Source of the DNA: Acidobacteriota bacterium
GTDB lineage: Bacteria > Acidobacteriota > Vicinamibacteria > Vicinamibacterales > UBA2999
Length of the DNA: 64,000 bases
Direction of reading: 5' to 3'
NCBI GenBank assembly: GCA_947503365.1
Contig: CANNDT010000004.1
Location: 14,375-78,374 of the forward strand
Under the pieces are notes generated by a model, which had not been told where the DNA came from, searched no databases, and was given only the letters and a program-made list of their open reading frames with translations. Shown in pieces: positions 10,423 to 19,065 of this stretch. Made by a program: the position numbers and the translations under genes. How positions within the stretch are numbered: position 1 is the first letter of the stretch; every line of letters starts with the position of its first letter.

Positions 10423-10494
10423 GCCGAAAGCGGAGCAAGAGCACCTGCGAACCGGCATACGGTTCCGGGACGAGTGACAGTTGAGGAGGTAAGT

Positions 10495-10755
10495 GTGGCT
10501 AAAGAGGATCGCGGATTCGCCTCGATGGACCGGGCCAAGCAGAAGGAAATTGCCAGCAAGGGGGGCAAGGCTGCGCACCACAAGGGCACCGCTCACGAGT
10601 GGACCAGCGAGGAGGCGCGCGAAGCGGGCCGCAAGGGCGGGATGGCCAGCCATCAGCGGCGCAAAGAGCAAGTCGGCGAGCAGGGCGGCGTCACGCCGGA
10701 CGTGGATGGCCGCGCCGAGCGCCCCGCCGACGATCAGAACAGGCAGATCCGGTAA
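10495..10755 (+). CDS. KGG-repeat general stress protein (YciG/GsiB-like)
   Basis: GTG 10495 lies 5 nt after GGAGG (10485-10489). Repeats ASKGGKAAH and GRKGGMASH sit in a small, highly charged protein. Confidence 0.75.
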   Translation: MAKEDRGFASMDRAKQKEIASKGGKAAHHKGTAHEWTSEEAREAGRKGGMASHQRRKEQVGEQGGVTPDVDGRAERPADDQNRQIR

Positions 10756-10779
10756 GCCATCGGACTGCGTCTTTTCGTC

Positions 10780-10822
10780 AAGCGGCCGCGGCGCTCGTTG
10801 CGTCCGGCCGCTTCTTCTTTGT
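10780..10822 (+). terminator. rho-independent terminator candidate after the KGG gene
   Basis: 9-bp GC-rich stem AAGCGGCCG / CGGCCGCTT with further internal pairing, followed by CTTCTTCTTTGT. Confidence 0.55.
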
Positions 10823-10864
10823 ACAATTGGGGGTTCCTGCATCCGCAGGACTCGCGACCAGTAC

Positions 10865-10938
10865 TGGGACGTCGTTCAACGGTAGGACACCTGCCTCTGG
10901 AGCAGGTTATTGGGGTTCGAATCCCTGCGTCCCAGCCA
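10865..10938 (+). tRNA. tRNA-Gln (anticodon CUG), encoded CCA
   Basis: Acceptor TGGGACG/CGTCCCA (U1:A72, typical of bacterial tRNA-Gln); anticodon stem CCTGC/GCAGG with loop CTCTGGA; T-loop TTCGAAT. Confidence 0.9.
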
Positions 10939-11345
10939 ATTTCCACTTTCATTGCCGTCGGCCAGCAGGTCGAACGGCTTAACGTAAGTAACTGAAAGAC
11001 TTCCGCGATCGAACGTGCAGTTCGATACCAGCGTTTTCAGCAAACGCGCCTGTTCGTGCGAATCCTGCCGAATAAACAGATTGTGGGCGCTTCTCGCGAG
11101 TTCTAAGATTTTCGAGCCTGTGGCACCGTAGTCGTGGCTTGCCTTCTCGTGCTTCGCTGTCTCGCGGCGGACCGCTGCGAGTTCGGATTCCCACTCACCT
11201 GACTTCCGGAGCCACAACTCGTCGGTGATCCGACCCGCGATTCTGTCCTCGTACGAGCGATCCAGCTTCGCTTGCACAGCGAGGTAATTCTGTTGAAGCT
11301 GCATCAACGCTGTTCGGTGGAACCGCTCCTTGTCGTCCTTGCTGT
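10939..11345 (-). pseudogene. C-terminal fragment of a large serine recombinase (N-terminal catalytic domain missing)
   Basis: LDRSYEDRIAGRITDELWLRKSGEWESE...SKILELARSAHNLFIRQDSHEQARLLKTLVSNCTFDRGSLSVTYVKPFDLLA matches the coiled-coil/C-terminal region of recombinase-family proteins. Only about 135 aa remain. The frame runs on into the antisense of tRNA-Gln. G+C is lower than in the flanks. Confidence 0.7.
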
Positions 11346-12259
11346 CATGCAGGGCCTCCGCGATCCAGTCCGACGACGCCGCCGAGGGCGGCATGGCCAC
11401 CGACGACGAGGTGCGCGCTAGCGCGTTGCGTCAGCCCGAGCGCACGAACCAGGAACGGCACGTACGAGAAACTCGTCGCCACGCCATTGACCCACGAGTC
11501 TGATTCCTGGATCTGTCCGCCGCTGCAGTAGCGACCGCCCCTCACCGACATGAAGTAGGTCGTGGTCGCCAGCGTTTCGTCGGTCGCGAGCTTCTTCACC
11601 GAAATTTCGGCGCCCTCGATGCCGGCGAGGCGATCGGCGTCGGTGGTCAGGTCTTTCAGGAACACGCCGTACTGGCTCGCCACGACTGTGGCGGGTTCGG
11701 GGGTCAGGGTCTCCGAAAACCTCAGCCACCCGTCTTCGACCATGTCGGTGGGGGCGTACCCCGGGAGATCGAGGCTGCCGAAATACAAACCTTCGACCGG
11801 GCCATCGGGTGCCCGAGTCACCACTTCGACCGCGGTCTTGCAGCGCTCGGCGAAGACGCCGCTCATCGCGCGCTGTCCCTGGAGCGCGGTGGCCACCAGG
11901 GCCACGGCACCGAAGACGACCAGTCCAGGAAGAGCCATCGCCGTGAGCAACGACCACCAGGGCTTCGCTACCGTGTTGTCGGGGAACCTCCGCCTGAGCA
12001 CCCGGGCGACCCACCGGGTGCCGACGAGCGCAACCACGATGTACGCAAGGATCGGCAGGCCGGCCATGAACGCCGAGAGGAGCACCAGGCCGTACAGCAT
12101 GCTGGCCAGGGCGGGCAGCGGAGCGACGTCGATCGCGCACGACGCCACCTGCATGGAGCCTTCATTCCACCCGGAGCAGTTCCCCATGATGACAAGCGGG
12201 GCGAGAAAGAACATGACCGCGACCGACGCGACGAGGAGACGACGCTGGAGTTTCGTCAT
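11345..12259 (-). CDS. hypothetical membrane protein (about 4 TM helices plus a 170-aa soluble C-terminal domain)
   Basis: 304-aa ORF with host-like GC3. N-terminal hydrophobic helices. No family recognised. The last codons extend into the low-GC recombinase remnant. Confidence 0.5.
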   Translation of the reverse strand: MTKLQRRLLVASVAVMFFLAPLVIMGNCSGWNEGSMQVASCAIDVAPLPALASMLYGLVLLSAFMAGLPILAYIVVALVGTRWVARVLRRRFPDNTVAKPWWSLLTAMALPGLVVFGAVALVATALQGQRAMSGVFAERCKTAVEVVTRAPDGPVEGLYFGSLDLPGYAPTDMVEDGWLRFSETLTPEPATVVASQYGVFLKDLTTDADRLAGIEGAEISVKKLATDETLATTTYFMSVRGGRYCSGGQIQESDSWVNGVATSFSYVPFLVRALGLTQRASAHLVVGGHAALGGVVGLDRGGPA

Positions 12260-12369
12260 AGCGCAGAGATTCTTGCCCAGAAAACGTGGGATGGCTATGA
12301 ACAGCTGTCCCTCGGCCTCGTGGCCGGCGCCGCGGCCGGCCGCGGTCTCTCAACCGGGCGTCGTCGCAC

Positions 12370-12983
12370 GGCGATTTCATCTACACGCAGGAGCAGCGCG
12401 GCGACGATGAGGTCGTCTCCAGCTATAGCCTCCGCACCGGCGAGCCGGTGTGGAGACATCGCGATGCCGTCAGGTTCTGGGAGTCGAACGGCGGCGCCGG
12501 GCCCGCGCGGCACACCGACCCTGTCCAATGGCCGCATCTACGCGTTGGGGGCAACCGGCATACACCGCCACCGGCAATCAGCGCTGGCTGGGTCCGACGG
12601 GCGGCTCCGGCTACAGCTCACCGCATCTGCTGACAATCGACAACGTCCCTCAGATCGTCCTGCTCACTGTCGGCGATGCACTGGGCGGAAAAGGCAACCG
12701 CCGGATCGCGGTCACGCACGAAGCAGGCGGATGGCGCGTCACAGAGCGCTGGACGTCACGCGGGCTGAAGCCGTACTTCAACGACTTCGTCGTGCACGAG
12801 GGCCACGCGTTCGGCTTCGACGGCCGCATCCTCGCGTCCATTAATCTCGAAAACGGCGAGCGCGCGTGGAAGGGTGGACGCTACGGCCACGGCCAGCTCG
12901 TGGTGCTACCGGAGCAGGATCTGCTGCTGGTGCGCAACGACGAGGAGATGGCCGCGTTCCGGCTGCCCGTCACGAGCCGCTGA
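12370..12983 (+). pseudogene. PQQ-like beta-propeller repeat protein, 5'-truncated, with at least two frameshifts and an internal deletion
   Basis: Homologous pieces lie in three frames. Frame 1: [44 protein letters not shown]. Frame 2: [22 protein letters not shown]. Frame 3: [23 protein letters not shown]...HEGHAFGFDGRILASINLENGERAWKGGRYGHGQLVVLPEQDLLLV. Confidence 0.7.
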
Positions 12984-13029
12984 CAGGCTTTTCCGGAAAC
13001 GGACGGTTTTTCGCTCCAAACGTATATAG

Positions 13030-13066
13030 TTGGCGGGCGGCGCTCACCCTTGGCGGGCGGCGCTCA
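13030..13066 (+). promoter_or_regulatory. two perfect 17-bp direct repeats (TTGGCGGGCGGCGCTCA) with 20-bp period, between a TATAGT box and the RBS of the 13084 gene
   Basis: Read directly at 13030-13046 and 13050-13066. TATAGT is at 13025-13030 and AGGAGG at 13066-13071. Confidence 0.45.
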
Positions 13067-13083
13067 GGAGGAAATAGAGGACT

Positions 13084-13650
13084 ATGCGCATCACCACCAC
13101 GCTCAGTGTGTTTTTCGGGCTGTTTGTCGCCGCGAGCGCCGCGTCGGCCCAGGCCCCGGCCCCGGCCCCGCTGCCAATCACCAATCCGACCCCAGGCTGC
13201 ACGGCAACGCCGGCGCAGATCGAGCAGGTCCGGCAGGCCGGCATCGCGTTCACCCGCAGCACCGGCGCTGCGCGCGTCGCGCTCGCTGACCCGAGCTACA
13301 AGCAGCACAACCCGGCCTTCGTCAAAGGCGCCCGGGAAGCGGGCATGACCGACTACGACTACTTCAACGCACGCTTCGGTGGCCCGCCGGCGGCTCGCGC
13401 GGGTGGCCCTCCACCCGCCGGCGCCGCGCCCGCGCCGCCGCCGGGCAACCCGACCGAAATCGTCATGGTCGAGTGCGACATCGTCACGATCATCCACAGG
13501 AACAATCGCCAGGATCCGACCGCGGCTCCCGGCACGTTCTACGAGGTCTTCACCTTCGACACGTTCCGCGTGCGCAACGGCAAGCTCGTTGAGCACTGGG
13601 ACGGCGCGGTCATCAACCCGCCCGCACCGGCCGGCGGCCGCGGCAACTAA
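13084..13650 (+). CDS. secreted SnoaL-like / NTF2-fold protein with an internal Pro/Ala-rich insert
   Basis: AGGAGG RBS; signal peptide MRITTTLSVFFGLFVAASAASAQA. The C-terminal IVMVECDIVTIIHR...FYEVFTFDTFRVRNGKLVEHWD is typical of SnoaL-like domains. Confidence 0.6.
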   Translation: MRITTTLSVFFGLFVAASAASAQAPAPAPLPITNPTPGCTATPAQIEQVRQAGIAFTRSTGAARVALADPSYKQHNPAFVKGAREAGMTDYDYFNARFGGPPAARAGGPPPAGAAPAPPPGNPTEIVMVECDIVTIIHRNNRQDPTAAPGTFYEVFTFDTFRVRNGKLVEHWDGAVINPPAPAGGRGN

Positions 13651-13670
13651 CAGGCGAAACCGCCGCCACA

Positions 13671-14426
13671 GTGGCAACACCGAAGGGGCCCCGGGATTCC
13701 GGGGCCTCCTTCTCCCACTCCTCCAAAGGTCGCCTCACGGTCCGCGACCGCGATCGGTTTCCAGGCGACTCACTCTTCGATCGCATCGCTCGCGCCGTCT
13801 GCGAGGCGGGCTACCTGCCGCGCAAGGAACTGTACGAGGCGTGGGAGGTGGCGCGGCGGGTGCGTCGGCGCTTCCGGGGCGGCCGCATCGTCGATCTCGC
13901 TGCCGGGCACGGTCTGCTCGGACAGATTCTCCTCATCCTGGATAACTCTTCCCCCGAAGCGATCCTGGTCGACACCAGCCTCCCGCCGTCCGCCACCAAG
14001 CTGCGGGCGGCGCTCGCCGACGCCTGGCCCCGGCTCCACGCGCGCGTCGTCGCCCAGACGCGGCCCTTGGATTCAGTCGATCTGGAGGGCGGCGATCTCG
14101 TTGTCTCGAGTCACGCGTGCGGTGCGATGACCGACGTCATTCTCGAGCGCGCCGTCGCGGCACAGGCGCGCGTCGCCGTACTGCCCTGCTGCCAGGACCT
14201 GGCGTTGAACGACGATGGCGGGCTGTCTGGATGGATGGACGCCGCGCTGGCGGTGGACGCCGTGCGCGCCATGCGACTCGGGCAAGCGGGATATCGCGTG
14301 TGGACGCAGACAATCCCCGCCCAGATCACGCCAAAGAACCGGCTCCTGATGGCGGCACCTGGCCAGCAGAATGTGAGCATCGCCGGGACGCTCCCGGATG
14401 ACGACCCCGAAGGCCGGCCAGAGTAG
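13671..14426 (+). CDS. putative SAM-dependent methyltransferase (Methyltransf_32-like)
   Basis: RIVDLAAGHGLLGQIL (motif I-like) and SSHACGAMTD...VAVLPCC resemble the HACGxLTD...PCC pattern of that family. Start uncertain. Confidence 0.55.
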   Translation: MATPKGPRDSGASFSHSSKGRLTVRDRDRFPGDSLFDRIARAVCEAGYLPRKELYEAWEVARRVRRRFRGGRIVDLAAGHGLLGQILLILDNSSPEAILVDTSLPPSATKLRAALADAWPRLHARVVAQTRPLDSVDLEGGDLVVSSHACGAMTDVILERAVAAQARVAVLPCCQDLALNDDGGLSGWMDAALAVDAVRAMRLGQAGYRVWTQTIPAQITPKNRLLMAAPGQQNVSIAGTLPDDDPEGRPE

Positions 14427-14452
14427 CCTGGGCGTCTTCGCCATCGACCCCC

Positions 14453-14596
14453 GACCTCGCGGTGACGTTCACGCCTCCCATGAGCGTTCAGGTCGATCAG
14501 CCGGTTGGCTACAACGTGCGCGTGAAGAACGTCGGCCACAAGAGCGCGACGGGAGTGAAGCGTCAGCATGTATCAGGTCTGCTTCCCCTAAATTAG
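14453..14596 (+). pseudogene. relic of a DUF11/CARDB-type repeat domain gene
   Basis: A frame without a start codon reads DLAVTFTPPMSVQVDQPVGYNVRVKNVGHKSATGVK, resembling the DLxVTxT...V..G....Y.I.V.N.G...ATGV repeat signature. It sits in an otherwise unassigned 195-nt gap. Confidence 0.4.
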
Positions 14597-14620
14597 CGCT
14601 GATTACGCAAGAATACAGGG

Positions 14621-15040
14621 ATGCCTCGACGTTACTGGTTGATGAAATGCGAGCCGTCCGCTTACACGATCGACGACCTCGCGCGTGACGGCACGACGCA
14701 GTGGGACGGCGTCCGCAATTATCAGGCGCGCAATTTCATGCGGGACGACATGCAGGTCGGCGACCCGGTGCTCTTCTACGCGTCCAATGCCGAACCGTCC
14801 GGTGTGACAGGGCTCGCCCGGATTGCGCGAGCTGGGTATCCGGAGCGCGACGCCACCTGGTCGATGGTGGACGTGGCGTTCGTGGAACGCTTCGATGCGA
14901 TCGTGCCGCTGGACACGCTCAAGCGAACGGCAGGCCTGAAGCAGATGGTGGTGACCCAGAAGGGAAGCCGGTTGTCGATCCAGCCGGTCAGGAAATCCGA
15001 ATACGACATCGTCGTGCGTGTTGGACGCCGACGCCCTTAA
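14621..15040 (+). CDS. EVE domain protein
   Basis: YWLMKCEPSAYTIDDLARDGTTQWDGVRNYQARNFMRDDMQVGDPVLFYAS is a close fit to the EVE (DUF55) N-terminal signature. Confidence 0.85.
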   Translation: MPRRYWLMKCEPSAYTIDDLARDGTTQWDGVRNYQARNFMRDDMQVGDPVLFYASNAEPSGVTGLARIARAGYPERDATWSMVDVAFVERFDAIVPLDTLKRTAGLKQMVVTQKGSRLSIQPVRKSEYDIVVRVGRRRP

Positions 15041-16011
15041 TGGAGACTCCGATGAGACGTCTGTCCCGTGCCTGCTTCGTCTCTGGCCTGCTGCTCGTCG
15101 CGGTGTCAGCGCAGGCCCAGGTGCTGCGCACCGCTGACGCCACCCTGCGCGGGTTCCGCGAGAACGACTTCCCCCGCATCATCACGCTGGCCGAGAACGT
15201 CTATGCCTACGAGGACCTGAACGGCGACCTGGGCTCCAACCTGGCGTTCACCACCAACAGCCTCATCGTCGTCACGACGGAGGGAGTGGTCGTGGTGGAT
15301 GGACAGGGGAGCGTGGCGAAGACGCGCCGGCTCGTTGAGGAGATTCGGAAGCTGACGCCGCAGCCGATCCGGTATGTGGTGATCGGAGCCGACCATGGCG
15401 ACCACGTCGCCGGCAACAGCGCGTTCCCGCCGAGCGCAACCCTGATCGCGCATCCCACCTCGAAGAAGGTGATCGAGGCGATGGCGGCACGGCCGGCGCA
15501 GGCTGGGGTCCCACCGATGCCCGTGCCACAGGAGACCGTGTCGGATCGGCGCGTGTTGCGCCTTGGCGGCACCGAAATGCAGATCCTGTTTCTCGGCCGG
15601 GCGCATACGGGCGGCGACCTCCAGGTATTCCTCCCGCGCGAGAACATCCTGTTCATGAGCGAGGTCTTCTTCAACCGGCTCTACCCTTCCGTCGGCGGCA
15701 GCCGCAGTGCCTACCCGATTGAGTGGATCGACACGATCAAGAAGGCACAGGCGATGAACGCGGCGATGTACGTGCCGAATCACGGCTTTGTCGACAGCGC
15801 AGCGGTGCTCAAGGAGGAGCTCGACAACTTCCGGCGCGCGCTCGAGAACCTCGTCGCGGAGAGCCGGCGCATGCACGCGGCCAGGGTGACTCTCGAGAAC
15901 GCGCCGCGCCTGATCAACCTCGGCGAGTTTCAGTACTGGTATCGGGCAGCCAACAACATGCCAGACGCGGTGCGGCAGGTCTACCTGGAGATCGAAGGGA
16001 AACTTCCCTGA
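15040..16011 (+). CDS. secreted MBL-fold metallo-hydrolase
   Basis: ATG overlaps the EVE stop (TAATG). Signal peptide MRRLSRACFVSGLLLVAVSAQAQ; metal motifs GADHGDHVAGN and RAHTGGDLQVFLP. The upstream part of ORF 14701..16011 was discarded as overlap with EVE. Confidence 0.8.
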   Translation: METPMRRLSRACFVSGLLLVAVSAQAQVLRTADATLRGFRENDFPRIITLAENVYAYEDLNGDLGSNLAFTTNSLIVVTTEGVVVVDGQGSVAKTRRLVEEIRKLTPQPIRYVVIGADHGDHVAGNSAFPPSATLIAHPTSKKVIEAMAARPAQAGVPPMPVPQETVSDRRVLRLGGTEMQILFLGRAHTGGDLQVFLPRENILFMSEVFFNRLYPSVGGSRSAYPIEWIDTIKKAQAMNAAMYVPNHGFVDSAAVLKEELDNFRRALENLVAESRRMHAARVTLENAPRLINLGEFQYWYRAANNMPDAVRQVYLEIEGKLP

Positions 16012-16018
16012 GCGGCAG

Positions 16019-17206
16019 CTACAACTGGCGCAGCGCCGCCGGAATCGGCAGCCGCGCCGCGCGAATCGCCGGCAGCAAGCCGCCGATGAGTCCCATGGCC
16101 AGGGCGTAGACCAGCCCGGTCACCAGCAACTGCGGCGTGACGCGAAAGGCGAACGCCACCTGGCTGAACGTCTGGAAGTTCATGGTCGACGTCTGGTAGC
16201 CGTTGAACCCGACGTAGGCACCGACGCCGCCGATGATGCCGCCGATGGCGCCGAGCACCAGCGACTCTGCGATCACCGACACGAGGACGGCGCTGGTGTC
16301 GAAGCCGAGCGCGCGCAGCGTCGCGATCTCCCGCGAGCGTGTGGCAACAGCCGTGTACATCGTCAGGATGGCGCCGAACACCGCGCCAATCCCCATCAGG
16401 CCGGCGATGCCGAACCCGACGGTCTGAATCAGCCGCGTCAGCGTCTGCGACTGGGCGGTGTAGTACTCGCTCTCACGGCGAACCGACACGTTCAGCTGAG
16501 GGTTCGCGGTGAGCCCGTCGCGAAAAGCGTCGAAGGAGTCGGCTGACTCCAGCCGGACGAGCACGGACTGGTAGGTGTTGCCGCGGCGGTAGGCGCCCTG
16601 CAGGGTACGCGCATCGGCCCACAACTCGGTCTCGGACACCGCGCCGTCCGCCTCGAAGACACCGACCACCTGCCACCGGTTCTGGCCAGAAATGATGGTG
16701 TCCCCGACGTTCGTGTTGACGAACTGTCCGTTGGCGCCGCGGCCGACAATGATCTCGTTGGTGCCGAACTGCAGCATCCGGCCTTCGATCAGAGACACTT
16801 CCTCGCGCACGGATACTCCGGCTGGCTCGATCCCGCGCATCGGCACATTCGCCGATGACAACGTCGAGCGCTTCGGGAGGTCGATGATCACGTAGAGTTC
16901 GGCGGACGCCTGGACGGTCCCGCCTTCCCTGCGGATACCAGTCCCCTGTTTGATCAGGTCGACGCCCGGACCATCGAAGCCGCTGGTCATCTCCGAGTCG
17001 GCACCGCTCCGCATGACCAGCGCGCGCACCGGCGAGCCAGAACCTTCCATCGCCGCCGAGAAACCGGCCGCGATCGAGAGCACCGAGACGAACACCACGA
17101 CGACGCCGGCAATACCGATGATCGCCACGCCGGACGAACTGAGCCGTGAGGGAATCGTCCGCAGATTGACCGCCATCACCGCGAAGGTCTGCCTGAACCA
17201 GCCCAT
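16019..17206 (-). CDS. ABC transporter permease (MacB-like periplasmic domain + FtsX domain)
   Basis: 395 aa with an N-terminal TM helix, a large periplasmic domain and a C-terminal FtsX-type 3-TM bundle (REIATLRALGF). Confidence 0.85.
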   Translation of the reverse strand: MGWFRQTFAVMAVNLRTIPSRLSSSGVAIIGIAGVVVVFVSVLSIAAGFSAAMEGSGSPVRALVMRSGADSEMTSGFDGPGVDLIKQGTGIRREGGTVQASAELYVIIDLPKRSTLSSANVPMRGIEPAGVSVREEVSLIEGRMLQFGTNEIIVGRGANGQFVNTNVGDTIISGQNRWQVVGVFEADGAVSETELWADARTLQGAYRRGNTYQSVLVRLESADSFDAFRDGLTANPQLNVSVRRESEYYTAQSQTLTRLIQTVGFGIAGLMGIGAVFGAILTMYTAVATRSREIATLRALGFDTSAVLVSVIAESLVLGAIGGIIGGVGAYVGFNGYQTSTMNFQTFSQVAFAFRVTPQLLVTGLVYALAMGLIGGLLPAIRAARLPIPAALRQL

Positions 17207-17207
17207 C

Positions 17208-18355
17208 TCAGGCCCTCCTGAGCGCGTCGGTGATGCGGAGGCGCATCGCCCCCACAGCCGGCAGCACGCCAGCCAGGAACCCCATCGCGATCATCAGCGC
17301 AACGCCGGTGGCGATGTCGCGGGGCGGTAAGGCGAAGATCGGCAGCAAGCCACCGGTCGGGTCGCCGCCCTGCACGATCAACCAGGCAGCGCCCAGCCCG
17401 AGGCCGCCGGCGACGAGAACAATGAACAGCGATTCAGCGAGCACCAGGCCGAGGACGGCGCCGCCGGAAAAGCCGAGCGTCTTGAGGACGGCCAGCTCGC
17501 TCGTGCGTTCACGGACTGACTGCGCCATCGTGCTGGCCGCCACCAGACCAAAGATGAACAGCACCGTCGATGCGATCGCGATCATGATCGCGCCGATGTC
17601 GCCAACCTGTTTGGCAAACCCCTCGACAAACCCCTTTTCGGTCGTCGTCTTGGTTTCGGCCGACGAATTCGCGAACATCTCATCGAACGTACGGCTGAGC
17701 TCCAGCGATTTCGCCGGGTCGGCGATCTTGACGACGTACCAGCCGATCTGCCCCTCGCCTTCGGCGCGGTTCTCGTCGAGGTAGTCGTACTGGAAGAAGA
17801 GCTGAGTCTTGTCGACGGCGTCCCCACCGTCGTAGATGCCCGAGACGTTGAACTCCCAGGTCTGACCACCGCCCTTCGGCTGCCAGATTGTCGCGGTCAA
17901 CGGGATACGATCGCCGACCTTCCAGCCGAATCGCGCGGCGATGTCCTTGCCAACAATTGCGCCCTGGCGATCGGCCAGCCACGCTTTCTGCTGATCGGCG
18001 GGGATGATGAACTCCGGGTAGACGGCCATGAACGTCTCCGGGTCCACTGCCATGTTGGCGAAGAAGTTGGCCGGATCCTGATACACGCCGCCGAACCAGG
18101 TCTGGTGCGACACCAGCTCGACGCCGTCGGTCTGCTGGAGCCTGGCCTGATAGGAGATGGGAAGCGGCATGATCAGGCTGACCTTGTGGATCAGCACGAG
18201 CCGGTCGATGCCGGCGATGTCGACGCCGAAGCTGAACGACGTACGGATCGTCATCAGGATCCCGAAGAGCATGAACGCCACGAAGATCGACAACAGCGTG
18301 AACGTCGTCCTGAACTTCCGTCGCCAGATGTTCTTCCAGACGAGCGGCAGGAATT

Positions 18356-18359
<4 letters not shown>
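17208..18359 (-). CDS. ABC transporter permease (MacB-like/FtsX)
   Basis: 383 aa with the same architecture (MKFLPLVWKNIWRRKFRT..., RTSELAVLKTLGF). One nt separates it from the downstream permease. Confidence 0.85.
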
Positions 18360-19048
<689 letters not shown>

Positions 19049-19065
19049 AGTCGCAGCTACCCGGC

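Noticed and set aside
14701-15039. Upstream 113 codons of ORF 14701..16011, and likewise 5308..5433 of the hemH ORF and 37436..37585 of the serS ORF.
   Set aside because: These extensions overlap better-supported genes or spacers. They precede the point where homology-like sequence and a signal peptide or conserved N-terminus begin.
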